Assembly (NCBI GenBank): GCA_951406725.2 | Contig: OX597834.1 | Span: 25,978,001 to 26,042,000 of the forward strand | Direction of reading: 5' to 3' | Length of the DNA: 64,000 nt | Source: Octopus vulgaris | Taxonomy: Eukaryota | Shown: positions 1 to 12,767 of the stretch, piece after piece | How positions within the stretch are numbered: position 1 is the stretch's first letter | Layout of the letters: every line of letters starts with the position of its first letter | The notes under the pieces: generated by a model | The model's database searches: none | Told to the model about the DNA's origin: nothing | Seen by the model: only the letters and a program-made list of their open reading frames with translations | Program-made: the position numbers and the translations under genes

Positions 1-235
1 TATTTATTTTTTATTTTATTTTATTTTTATTTTATCTAGTTTCAGCTCACGAGCTGTAGCCATGCTGGGGCACCGCCATTTGGTGTTGCTACATGATTTT
101 ACTTCACGAATGCTTTTTAGCAATTGACATTTGATGCATGAGAGAGTTCGATGCAGCTGCCCTCATCTGCACCTCCTGCCGTGAAGTTGGTTCGTCTGGG
201 ACACCTGACAGGAAGAGATCCAGTTTTGCATTCAT
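1..235 (-). mobile_element. CR1-group LINE 3' end
   Basis: Minus strand reads AKLDLFLSGVPDEPT...AASNSLMHQ...*, then a 3'UTR and an A-rich (TAAAA)n tail. Confidence 0.75.
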
Positions 236-275
236 ATTCATCTTTCCTTGCTGTCTTGTCTAGGTCAGATCCTTA

Positions 276-680
276 GGATCTTTTCGGTTTGAACGGCAGT
301 TTTTTAAACCACGTAACTAAACACTTTTAAACTTCATATACTGGTAGAATGTGTTACATAAAACATCTTTTTCTCTTGGCTTTATTGAGAAAATTCTATA
401 GTTTATAAGATATTTGTTGTTTTTTTTCTTCAATTTCTGCAATTTCAACCAATCACTGACGTCTATTGAGGTGAAAACATTCTATGCCGTATGAATATGT
501 CCCTCGTTTAAGAAACAGATTGGGTTTATTTACATTTCTGAAGAAAAAAGATACCCTTCCCCCCACCTCTAACCCTAAAACAGATTGAAATGCAATAGAT
601 TGATACTAGGGTCATAATAATGGGTGACAATTTCATATGACACCGTTAGAAAAAAACTGCCGTTCAAACCGAAAAGATCC
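276..680. mobile_element. Non-autonomous DNA transposon (MITE), Merlin-like
   Basis: Perfect 30-bp TIRs GGATCTTTTCGGTTTGAACGGCAGTTTTTT and 8-bp TSD GATCCTTA at 268-275 and 681-688. The superfamily is inferred from GG termini and the 8-bp TSD. Confidence 0.85.
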
Positions 681-940
681 GATCCTTATAATCCAAATCA
701 GTTCTTATTTGGAAGTATTGTCCCCTCAGATGAGTTGGGGATTATGTCTGCCTTATATGCTAACATCTTTGGTAAGATTTCTACAGCTGGATGCCTGTCC
801 TATAAAATAACTACTTTACAGTGTGTACTGACTACGTTTTGTCATTGCATCAGCACAGGAAAGGCTGTCTTGCATCAAGAAAATCCTTTTTTCCCTGAAT
901 TGTCACTGTTCATTCTCTTCTTTCTTACACACCCACCCAT

Positions 941-1203
941 GAAGGCACGGGCCTAGTTGGTCAGGCGGTTGCAATTACAATCGCTAGATCATGGATTTGA
1001 TTTTCTGTCTGGGTGGCACGATGTGTTCTTATGCGAAACACTTCATTTCACATTGCTCCAGTCCCCCTTCGACCAAGGGGGATTGTTGGCCTGCTCGCCT
1101 AGCCAGTGGGGTGACATTATTTGAAGGCTAAAACAATGCGAAAAGCACATTGTGACCAGCAATGTGTAACAACATCTGACAGCCTGGTCGGTCACGTGAT
1201 CAT
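941..1203 (+). mobile_element. Degenerate tRNA-derived SINE sharing its tail with the copy at 59.9-60.1 kb
   Basis: tRNA-like head, and a 3' segment ending ctggtcggtcacgtgatca that recurs near 60146. Confidence 0.6.
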
Positions 1204-1262
1204 GTGACAAATCCACCCACACACATACATATATTTGTTGCTTATAAGAACAAGGCTTCCAC

Positions 1263-1626
1263 ATGCAGGAGTGGCTGTGTGGTAAGTAGCTTGCTTACCA
1301 ACCACATGGTTCCAGGTTCAGTCCCACTGCATGGTACCTTGGGCAAGTGTCCTACTATAGCCACGGGCCGACCAAAGCCTTGTGAGTGGATTTGGTAGAT
1401 GGAAACTGAAAGAAGCCTGTTGTATATATGTATATATATATGTGTGTGTGTGTGTTTGACAACCGATGCTGGTGTGTTTATGTCCCCGTAACTTAGCAGT
1501 TCGGCAAAAAGAGACCGATAGAATAAGTACTAGGCTTACAAAGAATAAGTTCTGGGGTCGATTTGCTTGACTAAAGGCGGTGCTCCAGCATGGCCACAGT
1601 CAAATGACTGAAAAGAGTAAAAGAGT
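1263..1626 (+). mobile_element. SINE family A (tRNA-like head, CORE-like segment, internal (TA)/(TG) tract)
   Basis: gcaggagtggctgtgtggtaag...gactgaaa(c)aagtaaaagag, with more than 15 copies in the window. Confidence 0.85.
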
Positions 1627-1812
1627 ATGCAAATTACAGTGCTCAATACCTCAAGAAGTTTGTTTGTAGTAATTTTTAGTAATTAGTTTGCAGGGTTAAT
1701 CCCATTTCAATCCTCGCTGATCATACTTGCAACTAGTGGACAGTATTCAGTGTGAAAGCTCTATGTATACATGGTTGTGGGGTAAGAAGTTTGATTTCCA
1801 ACCACATGGTTG

Positions 1813-2224
1813 GCACAGGAGTGGCTGTGTGGTAAGTAGCTTGGTAACCAACCACATGGTTCCGGGTTCAGTCCCACTGCGTGGCATCTTGGGCAAGTGT
1901 CTTCTGCTATAGCCCCGGGCCGACCAATGCCTTGTGAGTGGATTTGGTAAACCGAAACTGAAAGAAGCCTGTCGTATATATGTATATATATATATATGTG
2001 TGTGTGTATGTGTGTGTGTGTCTGTGTTTGTCGCCCTAGCATTGCTTGACAACCGATGCTGGTGTGTTTACATCCCCGTCACTTAGCGGTTCGGCAAAAG
2101 AGACCGATAGAATAAAGTACTGGGCTTACAAAGAATAAGTCCCGGGGTTGATTTGCTCGACTAAAGGCGGTGCTCCAGCATGGCCGCAGTCAAATGACTG
2201 AAACAAGTAAAGAGTAAAAGAGTA
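1813..2224 (+). mobile_element. SINE family A
   Basis: Full-length copy of the recurrent consensus. Confidence 0.88.
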
Positions 2225-2239
2225 TGGTTCCAAGTTTAA

Positions 2240-2456
2240 CCCTTTCGTTACCATATTTATTCTGAGATGCTCTGTGTTTCTTTCAATTACTTAAAATATA
2301 ACAAATTTAGTAAAATAACTTAGTCAGCATTAAGCTAGTGTTGGGAACATAAATTGTGACTAAGGTTTGGTGGAAGATTTTAATTCAAAACTTATGAAAA
2401 CAAGACATTTGTACTACAGAGCCAGACCGGTTTCAGCCGGGTTGATAACGAAAGGG
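2240..2456. mobile_element. piggyBac-like MITE family 1
   Basis: TTAA on both sides, TIR CCCTTTCGTTA/TAACGAAAGGG, inserted in a degenerate SINE A head. Confidence 0.85.
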
Positions 2457-3041
2457 TTAATCCCACTTTGTGGCACTGTGGGCACCTTGTCTTCAACTAT
2501 AGCCCTGGGCCAACCAAAGCCTTGTGAGTGGCTTTGAGAGACAGAAACTGAAAACTCATAACATATCTGTATGTGCTTTTTCCTTGAGGGAAAGTAGGAA
2601 GTGAGGAAGAGGTATAATATTAAACAATGGACGAAGAAATGACCATGGTGCAGTGTGTGAAATGGACAGGGTTTCAAGCTTCATTGATTGTTATCTTGTG
2701 TTTCTCAACCAAGCCTGATTATATCTGTATTTAAATAAATCAATTTTTGTACTTCAGAGCTAAACTATGAAGATTCTTAATATTATCTGAAATACATATG
2801 TGTGTGTGTATGTGTGTGCATATATGGACATACACACACATGCATAAATATATTCACGTATATACAAATGCATGCATATATACACCCTCACATCCTCACA
2901 CACTCAAATGTAACAATTTATAGACAAAAAAGGAAAATGGGTACTCAATACATGGTGTAGAGTATAGTATTTATTTAAACTGCATCCTTTTACTCAAGAT
3001 TCAAGTTTCACACAACAACAATTGTGTAGGCAACTGTTTTC

Positions 3042-3086
<45 letters not shown>

Positions 3087-3577
3087 ACATATATATATCT
3101 GTGTGTGTGTGTGTGTGTTTGTGTGTAAAATCTGCTAACAGTAACACTTTCCTACCTTATGTGATTTTAACCAAAATAATTTTCAGTAACTCTATCCTGT
3201 TCCATAAATATATGGCCTTCTGCCAATATAAGAAATATTCATTACCATTTTCAAGATTTCATAACCACAGAACTTATTCTGCATTTTTTGGAGATCCTAA
3301 TAATTCTAATAATTATTCAATGTGATATCTGCTGTGAAAGCACATTCTGTGATCCTCGTTGCCAATAACACATCACTACTGTTCTTTGACACGAGAATAA
3401 CAATAGGAACAAACACACATCTACTACTGAACTCTTTAGTTACCATATTTCTGTTAATTTTGAAAATGATGAAGAATTTAGTAAAATAACTTCATCATTA
3501 TTACCCTTTTAGCATTTAGATTTCTCTGCCACATGTAGAGCTTATTTATTCACATTTTTTTGGAATTAATCAAGTAT

Positions 3578-3985
3578 AGGCGTAGAAGTGGCTGTGTGGT
3601 AAGTAGCTTGCTTATGAAGCACATGGTTCCGGGTTCAGTCCCACTGCGTGGCACCTTGGGCAAATATCATCTGCTATAGCCTCGGGCCGACCAAAGCCTT
3701 GTGAGTGGATTTGGTAGAAGGAAACTGAAAGAAGCCCATCGTATATATATGTGTGTGTGTGTCTATATATGTATGTATGTGTATATGTTTGTGTGTCTAT
3801 GTGTGTCCCGCCAACATCACTTGACAACCGATGCTGGTGTTTTTGCATCACCGTAACATAGCGGTTCGGCAAGAGTGACCGATAGAATAAGTACTAGGCT
3901 TCCAAAGAATAAGTCCTGGGGTCGATTTGCTCAACTAAAGGCAGTGCTCCAGCATGACCAAAGTCAAATGACTGAAACAAGTAGC
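3578..3985 (+). mobile_element. SINE family A
   Basis: Matches the recurrent consensus. Confidence 0.85.
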
Positions 3986-4149
3986 TTCTCATAGCTTCAA
4001 AATTTTTTTTGATGATGTGAATGATATTGTAGAGTAGTTGTAAGAGACGAAACCTAGCCATTTTGAATGCAAAACAGGTAGAATATTCGAGCTGGATATG
4101 GCTGGTTTAAATGCTGAAGGATTAAGTTGTGGTTTGGAATATAAACAAA

Positions 4150-5142
4150 CAGGATATTTTGATTGATGGTTAGAATGTAAATCACTTTAGAACAAGGACA
4201 TTGGGCCTCACTGAGGAAATGACTATGAACTGGGAGTTGTGGTGATTTGTTGTACTTGAGCAGATGTGTCAAGCCATGTAAAATCACTGCCATCCATACA
4301 TACAGGTTGTCCTTCACAGGTTGTGGTGCCTTGTAAAATGCACTTGTGCCAGTGCTGTGTGAACACACCTATGCTGGTGGTATGTATAAAGCACCCAGCT
4401 CACTCTGTAAAGTGGTTGTCATTAGAAAAAGCATCCAGCCATAGAAACCATGCCACTAGAAATGACTGGAGTCTGGACAGGTCCTGCCAAACTGTCCAAT
4501 ACATGCCAGCATGGAAAATGGACATTAAACAATGATGATGATGATCATCATCATCATCACCGTTTAACGTCCGCTTTCCATGCTGGCATAGGCTGGACGA
4601 TTTGACTGAGGACTGGCGAACCAGATGGCTGCACCAGGCTCCAATCTTGATCTGGCAGAGTTTCTACAACTGGATGCCCTTCTTAATGCCAACCACTCCA
4701 AGAGTGTAGTGGGTGCTTTTACGTTCCATATAAGATTTTGCTTATGCACAATAAATTAGTTATACTTCTACAATACATGAAATATTTAATAATACAAATA
4801 GTAGAAGGAATCTGTGGAAAAGATAGACATGGGACAAGGTGGTGAAGCATGATCTTCAGATTCTGGGTCTCACAAAGGCGATGACAAGTGATCAAGACCC
4901 TTGGTAATTTGCTGTGCTTGAGAAGACTCATCACGCCAAGTGAAATCATAGTCATGACCAGTGCCAGTGACATGTAAGGGACACCCACTACACTCTTGGA
5001 GTGGTTGGCATTAGGAAGAGCATCCAGCCATCGAAACTAAGCCAAAATCAAACTGGAGCCTGATACAGCTCTCTGGCTTACCAGTTCTGGTCAAACTGTC
5101 TAACCCATGCCAGCATGGAAAGCAGACATTAAATGATGATGA
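4150..5142. mobile_element. Cluster of RTE-clade LINE 3' fragments (+, -, +)
   Basis: 4800-4945 encodes degenerate TWDKVVKHDLQILGLTKAMTSDQDPW*FAVLEKT, typical of an RTE ORF C-terminus, followed by the recurrent 3'UTR and (TGA)n tail. Confidence 0.75.
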
Positions 5143-5165
5143 AATACAGTAAGATTTTCTTTATA

Positions 5166-5558
5166 TGCGCAGGAGTGGCCGTGTGATAAGTAGCTTGCTT
5201 ACCAACCACATGGTTCAGGGTTCAGTCCCACCGCGTGGCACCTTGGGCAAGTGTCTTCTACCATAGCCTTGGGCCGACCAAAGCCTTGTGAGTGGATTTG
5301 TAGACGGAAACTGAAAGAAGCCCATCGTATATATGTATATACGTGTATGTGTGTGCATATGTTTGCCCCCCCAACATCGCTTGACAACCAATGGTGGTGT
5401 GTTTGCATCCCCGTAACTTAGCAGTTCGGCAAAAGAGACCAATAGGATAAGTACTAGGCTTACAAAGAATAAGGCCTAGGGTCGATTTGCTCGACTAAAG
5501 GCGGTGCTCCAGCATGGCCGCAGTCAAATGACTGAAACAAGTAAAAGAGTAAAGAGTA
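5166..5558 (+). mobile_element. SINE family A
   Basis: Matches the recurrent consensus. Confidence 0.85.
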
Positions 5559-6074
5559 TATACAGTGAATGGCTTTGGGGCCCTGGAAGAATAAAATAGG
5601 AATCAAAAGGGTCCAAAGGCAAAAAAATGGTTGAGAACTGCTTGTTTAGTGTGTCTGAAACAACATCAAATACATTCTTTTGACTTTCCCTCTCAAAGTA
5701 GGGTATGATTTGAAGGTGATTTAGCAGCTACTTGCAGTAATTCAAGGAACCATAGAGAGTTTCCGTGTAACAGAAAATCATGTAACATTCGGTGCAAACA
5801 TGGAAATAGAAAACTGAAGGTAAACATTAGAAAATTGGTATATGAGGCTAAAATAGGAACTTAAACACTAATTAGAAGAATATTTGGGGAATTTCAAGTA
5901 TCAGATATCACCAGCAGTGGAGATAACACAACTACATGAAAACCAGCCAAAACCTGGTTGAGGCTAGTTAAGTAAAAAAAAAAAGAAAAAAGTAATACAT
6001 CATCCCCTACCTTGAAACAAAAGAAGATTGATAGAGTGTTGATTGCTAATGATATTAGAAAAATAATGAAATAG

Positions 6075-6380
6075 CACATAAAAGCACCATCCGCTCGTGT
6101 TCGTTGCCAGCCTCGGCTGGCCCCGTGCCGGTGACATGTAAAAGCACCATCCGTTCGTGGCCGTTGTGCCAGCTCTGTCTGGCACCTGTGCAGGTGGCAC
6201 GTAAAAAACACCCACTACACTCGCGGAGTGGTTGGCGTTAAGAAGGGGCATCCAGCCGTAGAAACACTGCCAAATCTGACTGGGCCTGATGAAGCCTTCC
6301 GGCTTCACAGACCCCAGTTAAACTGTCCAACCCATGCTAGCATGGAAAACAGACGCTAAATGATGATGATGATGATGATG
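6075..6380 (+). mobile_element. 5'-truncated RTE LINE 3'UTR
   Basis: cccactacactc...ccaacccatgctagcatggaaa...(TGA)n. Confidence 0.8.
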
Positions 6381-6856
6381 AATGAGGACTGCCAAAAATT
6401 CATTACGTAGTGGTAAAGAAATGGCACCCTCTGTGAATGGAATGAATATTTTCTTGAATGGAATTGCAGCAAAAAAAATGTTGATTAAGACAGCAAGTTA
6501 ATAATAATTGCATTGTCACCATTTGTGCATAGTTTAGGTGTGTTAGTGTAACATATAGCCTATATGTTACCTAATCTATGTACATGCATATATATGTATG
6601 TATATATATACGTGTGTGTGTGTATGAATATGCCATTCTGTTCAATGGCATCCTCCTCTAGGATGATGACATTCTTTTTAATGGCATCATCCTCCAGGAT
6701 GACAGAACAATTTAGTTAAACAGAAAATAAGAGTGCAATCAAGAAAGAATTCAAAGCACACTGTGACCAGCGATGTGTAACATCTGATGGTCTGGTCGAC
6801 ACACACACAAACACTCACACACACACAAACACACACACATGCATGTGTGCGCATGT

Positions 6857-6990
6857 GTGTGAATGTATGCATATATGTGTGTGTGTGAATGTATGCATAT
6901 ATGTGTGTGTGAATGTATGCATATATGTGTGTGTGAATGTATGCATATATGTGTGTGTGAATGTATGCATATATGTGTGTGTGAATGTAT
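6857..6990. repeat. 24-bp minisatellite GTGTGTGTGAATGTATGCATATAT, about 5 copies
   Basis: Direct inspection. Confidence 0.9.
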
Positions 6991-7007
6991 GTGTATATGT
7001 GTATCTA

Positions 7008-7850
7008 CGTAAAAAGCACCATTCGAGCGTGATCGTTACCAGCGTCACCTTAGTGGCACGTGAAAAAACATTCAAGTGAGGTCGTTGCCAGTGCCGCTGG
7101 ACTGGCTCCTGTGCAGGTAGCACATAAAAAACACCATTTGAGCGTGGCCGTTGCCAGTACCGCCTGACTGGCCCTTGTGCCGGTGGCACGTAAAAGCACC
7201 CACTACACTCTCGGAGTGGTTGGCGTTGGGAAGGGCATCCAGCTGTAGAAACTCTGCCAGATCAAGATTGGAGCCTGGTGCAGCCATCTGGTTCGCCAGC
7301 CCTCAGTCAAATCGTCCAACCAATGCTAGCATGGAAAGCAGACATTAAATGATGATGATGATATAGAAAACATCATCATCATCATCATCATCGTTTAACG
7401 TCCGTTCTCCATGCTAGCATGGGTTGGATGGTTCGACCGGGGATCTGGGAAGCCAGAAGGCTGCACCAGGCTCCAGTCTTATCTGGCAATGTTTCTACAG
7501 CTGGATGCCCTTCCTAACGCCAACCACTCCGTCGGCCACGGTCGGATTGGTGTATTTTACGTGCCACCAGCACAGAAGCCAGTCGAGGCGGTGCTGGCAT
7601 CGGCCACGAGTCGGATAGTGCTTTTTACGTGCTGGCATCGGCCACGAGTCGGATAGTGCTTTTTACGTGCTGGCATCGGCCACGAGTCGGATAGTGCTTT
7701 TTACGTGCTGGCATCGGCCACGAGTCGGATAGTGCTTTTTACGTACCACCAGACCAGGGATCCTGGCTGGTTCAATTCGATTTCGATTTCGCTTGCCCCA
7801 ACATGTCTTCACAAGCAAAGGGGGTTGGCATGGGTGCCTGTCGTACGGTC
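7008..7850. mobile_element. Two RTE 3'UTR copies tail-to-tail; the second has a 38-bp internal tandem repeat, 4 copies (about 7591-7745)
   Basis: (TGA)n followed by (CAT)n at 7349-7392, unit gtgctggcatcggccacgagtcggatagtgctttttac. Confidence 0.8.
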
Positions 7851-8339
7851 GGATTGGAGTATTTTACGTGCTACTATTTTATTCCACACAGGTAGAAATA
7901 TAGGGAAAACAGAATGCTCTATATGTTTTCTATCAAGTGTTTGTAGAGAACGAACACGTGATTAAGTTGATAACCTTGTTCAGTCAACTGTGAGAGCCTT
8001 AACTAACAACGCCAAACATTGTGACTTGATGCTAACAGACGTAGTAGGGAACCTACAAAAATTTCTAAGATCAGTCATGTGACTATCTTCAACCAATCAG
8101 ATCCTATTCAAAACATATGCTAATTTGAGCCATGAACTCCCTATAAAAACCGAGCAAACTTCAAACTCTAGTCAGAAGCAAGACAGCTGCGACATAAGCC
8201 ACATCTTTCTATTTCAACTTTTTGAAAATCAGTGTAAACTGTGAAACCGGTTAAAGCATCTAATACATTGATAAAACATATTTTTAACTATTCTCAATGC
8301 ATTTCTAACTTATATTTTTCATATATATATATATATATA

Positions 8340-8721
8340 TAGTTAATCCAAACATGAAAGCACAAAAAAACACAACAACGCGAGGACGTGGAACAATATA
8401 GTATTATTGAACACTCAGGAAAGAAGGAGAGTTTAACGGTTCGAGCGGGGCTCTTCTTCGGAAACATAGGAGAAGGAAAGATCCAGAGAAGGGAAGACAG
8501 AGGAAATAAAATCGCCGTATATATGTGTGTGTGTGTGAGTATATATATATAAACACAACAACGCGAGGACGTGGAACAATATAGTATTATTGGACGCTCA
8601 GGAAAGAAGGAGGGTTTAACGGTTCGAGCGGAGCTCTTCTTCGGAAACATAGGAGAAGGAAAGATCCAGACAAGGGAAGACAGAGGAAATAAAATCGCCG
8701 TATATATGTGTGTGTGTGTGA

Positions 8722-8730
<9 letters not shown>
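8340..8730 (-). mobile_element. Tandem pair (about 180 bp) of putative Penelope-like fragments with hammerhead-like motif, set in (TA)n
   Basis: Near-identical direct repeats, with minus-strand CCGAAGA-A-GAGC-nnn-GCTC-GAAC core. Confidence 0.5.
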
Positions 8731-8781
<51 letters not shown>

Positions 8782-8944
8782 TGAGAAAATCCCTTGAAAA
8801 ACAAGTAAAGGTTAGAAACAAGAAAAGCATCTGACTGTAAGATGTCATCCTTATCATTTAATGTCCATGTTCCATACTGGGATGAGTTGGATGGTTTGAT
8901 AGGATCTGACAAGCTGCAAGACTGTGTCAGCTTTGGCATGGTTT

Positions 8945-9541
8945 CTTATTTCTTTACTGCCCACAAGGGGCTACACAAAGAGGGGGACAAACAAGGACAG
9001 ACAAAGAGATTAAGTCGATTACATCGACCCCAGTGCGTAACTGGTACTTAATTTATCGACCCCGAAAGGATGAAAGGCAAAGTCGACCTCGGTGGTATTT
9101 GAACTTAGAACGTAATGGCAGACGAAATACCTATTTCTTTACTACCCACAAGGGGCTAAACACAAAGGGGACAAACAAGGACAGACAAACGGATTAAGTC
9201 GATTACATCAACCCCAGTGCATAACTGGTACTTAATTTATCGACCCCGAAAGGATGAAATGCAAAGTCGACCTCTGCGGTATTTTAACTCAGAACATAAC
9301 GACAGACGAAATACCTATTTCTTTACTACCCACAAGGGGCTAAACACAGAGGGGACAAACAAGGACAGACAAACGGATTAAGTCGATTACATCGACCCCA
9401 GTGCGTAACTGGTACTTAATTTATCGACCCCGAAAGGATGAAAGGCAAAGTTGACCTCAGTGGTATTTGAACTCAGAACGTAATGGCAGATGAAATACCG
9501 CTAAACATTTCGCCCGGTGTGCTAACGTTTCTGCCAGCTCG
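8945..9541 (-). mobile_element. SINE family B (Meta-domain-like) trimer
   Basis: One head plus three bodies of about 186 bp, flanking duplication gctttggcat(g/a)gtttct. Confidence 0.85.
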
Positions 9542-9775
9542 TAGCTTTGGCATAGTTTCTGTCACTGGATGACTTTCCTAATGTCAAGCACTTTGAAGTG
9601 TGTATTGAGTACTTTTCTCAAGGCACCCAGCACTAATGAGCCCAGCAAGTATCTTGCAAGACAAGAAAAGATGATACCTCATAATATACTCATCCAACCC
9701 ACCCTAGTAAGGGACATAAAATGGACATAATAACAAATAAATAAAAGAAAGAGTGAACAGACAAATATCTTGTAT

Positions 9776-9949
9776 AGGCGCAGGAGTGGCTGTGTGGTAA
9801 GTAGCTTGCTTACCAACCACATGGTTCCGGGTTCAGTCCCACTGCGTGGCACCTTGGGCAAGTGTCTTCTACTATAGCCTCGGGCCGACCAAAGCCTTGT
9901 GAGTGGATTTGGTAGACAGAAACTGAAAGAAGCCTGTCGTATATATGTA

Positions 9950-10008
<59 letters not shown>

Positions 10009-10162
10009 TTGTGTCTGTGTTTGTCCCCCCAACATCGCTTGATAACCGATAAAATAAGTACTAGGCTTACAAAGAATAAGTTCTGGGGTCGATGTGCTCG
10101 ACTAAAGGCGGTGCTCCAGCATGGCTGCAGTCAAATGACTGAAACAAGTAAAAGTGTAAAAG
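9776..10162 (+). mobile_element. SINE family A with internal deletion
   Basis: Matches the consensus. Confidence 0.85.
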
Positions 10163-10308
10163 AGACACAGCAACAGGTTAGCGTTGGAATATTTTCTGAT
10201 ACAAATTTTGGCAATGTTATTGGTGTAACAAGTAAAAGTGTAAAAGAGACACAGCAACAGGTTAGCGTTGGAATATTTTCTGATACAAATTTTGGCAATG
10301 TGTTGGTG
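10143..10308. repeat. 84-bp tandem duplication of a SINE tail plus unique flank
   Basis: aacaagtaaaagtgtaaaagagacacagcaacagg...ggcaatg occurs twice. Confidence 0.9.
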
Positions 10309-11810
10309 CCATGAAAGGTCATTGAAGATAATAATAGCATATGTAAAGAGAGAAGCAAAGTTTTTAGTTTTGTGTTGTTTATGAGTAGAAAGAATATTGT
10401 AATACAATGTGTGAGGTCAGTATCTTAGTGTTGTTGGCAGAGACTAGGTTAACATAGCTACATTGCAAGATGTTATTCTAAACCACTGTTTATAGAATCT
10501 ACAGAGGATAAAGTTCAGGGCTCACAAGAGTGAATGAAACCTGTGTACAAAAGGTGAAAGAGGAATGAAGGATTGTATGACCTTCATAAATGTGACAAAG
10601 AATACACCATTAATGCAAAGAAGAGAGATATAATCAAAGAGAGATATAATCAAACCACTGAGTGTAACTGAGTTGAAAGAACTGGAGTGAAGAGTCTTGT
10701 TAATATTTCGCTTTTGGATTTGGTTTGCAAGATTCTTTATGTGAGTTCGTGTGTTGAAGCATATTCTGTTGTGTCTGGGGAGAGTCATTTTCTTTTTGTG
10801 CCTTATAATTTAACACACTCACCGGTAAAATTTCCGCATATTTCTTATTTTTATTTTCCTAAAATTTTCGTTGCATCTTGCAACCTTTGCAATAGTCTTG
10901 AACTCTCTCCGTTATTTACACTGCGTTCCTTTTTGTTTGTTTGTTTGTGTGTGTGTGTGTTAACATTCTTGTCATTTAATGTCCATATTCTATAGACCCT
11001 GTATAAGTTAGATGATGTGTGAAAAGAGGGTAGAGAGGCAGATGGATAAGAGATGGTGATAAAAGGGGATGTACTGAATAGTGAATACAGGTGGAAGAGT
11101 AATCAATGGTATACTGTCAATAGACGATGTATAATACGTATGTGGTGGAACTGGTCTGGTAGGAACATTTACAAGAAGATTCTCATCATAAATCAAGTGG
11201 AAGGCTTTGCTAATATCAAGGGCAACAACTTTGCTTTTGCTGAAATTCTTAGACAACAATTATAGGTGCTGGCATGGCTGAGTGGTAAGATGTATGCTTG
11301 CCAACTGTGTGGTTTGGAGTTCAGTCCCACTGTCTGATAGTTTGAGCAAGTGCCTTCTTCTATAGCCCAGAGCCACCCAAAGCCTTGTGAGGGGTTGTAG
11401 TAGACAGTAAGAAAGAGATAGGAGCAAGCATAGCTGTATGGTAAGAAGCTTGCTTCCCAACCACATGGTTGCAGATTCAGTCCCACTTATTGCGCCTTGG
11501 GCAAGTGCCTTCTACTATAACCCTGGGCCAATCAAAAGCCGTGAGAATGGACTTGGTAGATGGAAACTGAAAGAAGCCCATCATATATATGCATGTTTTT
11601 GTGTCTGCATTTGACACCCACCTCACACTATTTGACACCAGTGTTGGTGTGTTTGCATCCCTGTAACTTAGTGGTTTGGCAAAAGAAACTGATAGAATAA
11701 GTATCAGACTTTAAAAATACATTTAACCAAAAAGTTCTTCAAGATGGTACTCCAGTATGACCGCAGTCTAATGAGTGAAACAAGTAAACAGTAAAAGATT
11801 TTTTATAGAT

Positions 11811-12245
11811 AGGCGCAGGAGTGGCTGTGTGGTAAGTAGCTTGCTAACCAACCACATGGTTCCGGGTTCAGTCGAACTGCGTGACACTTTGGGCAAGTGT
11901 CTTCTACTATAGCCTCAAACCAACCAAAGCCTTGTGAGTGGATTTGGTAGACAGAAACTGAAAGAAGCCTGTTGTATTTATGTATATACATATATATTTC
12001 TTTACTACCCACAAGGGGCTAAACACAGAGGGGACAAACAAGGACAGACAAAGGGATTAAGTCGACTACATCGACCCCAGTGCGTAACTGGTACTTAATT
12101 TATCGACCCCGAAAGGGATGAAAGGCAAAGTCGACCTCGGCGGAATTTGAACTCGGAACGTAACGACAGACGAAATACGGCTACGAATTTCGCCCGGCGT
12201 GCTAACGTTTCTACCAGCTCGCCGCCTTATGTATATACATATATA

Positions 12246-12278
<33 letters not shown>

Positions 12279-12470
12279 CTGTGTTTGTTCCCCCAACATC
12301 GCTTGACAACCGATGCTGGTGGGTTTATGTCTCCATAACTTAGTGGTTTGGTAAAAGAGACTGATATAAGTACTAGGCTTACAAAGAATAGGTCCTGGGG
12401 TCGATTTGCTCAACTAAAGGCGGTGCTCCAGCATGGCCACAGTCAAATGACTGAAACAAGTAAAAGAGTA
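11811..12470 (+). mobile_element. SINE A interrupted at its microsatellite by an antisense SINE B (about 11995-12227)
   Basis: Duplicated ttatgtatatacatatata flanks the inserted copy. Confidence 0.85.
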
Positions 12471-12767
12471 CGAAAGATTTCATTGTCATAAATGACAAAG
12501 ATTGCACGACTTGGGATCTTTATTTTGATATTGAACTGAGCATTGGTTAGTATATAAGAGACATTTTATGGTGCTGACCAGCAATCTTGTGTAGGTTTAT
12601 GTCTTCTACTGTGGGAAGTGAGCAGCCTTGCTGCATGCTACAAATGCACAATCACTACAAATGAAATAATTTGAAGCTGGTTCTTGTCGGCGCCTCTGCT
12701 CACTTCAAAATATATGTGTGTCCTCTTGTCTTGATTTCATGGGAGAGTTATAAACACAAGCATCGCC

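Noticed and set aside
624-956. 110-aa ORF
   Set aside because: Starts at GTG inside a MITE end, crosses degenerate repeat sequence and has no recognisable motif
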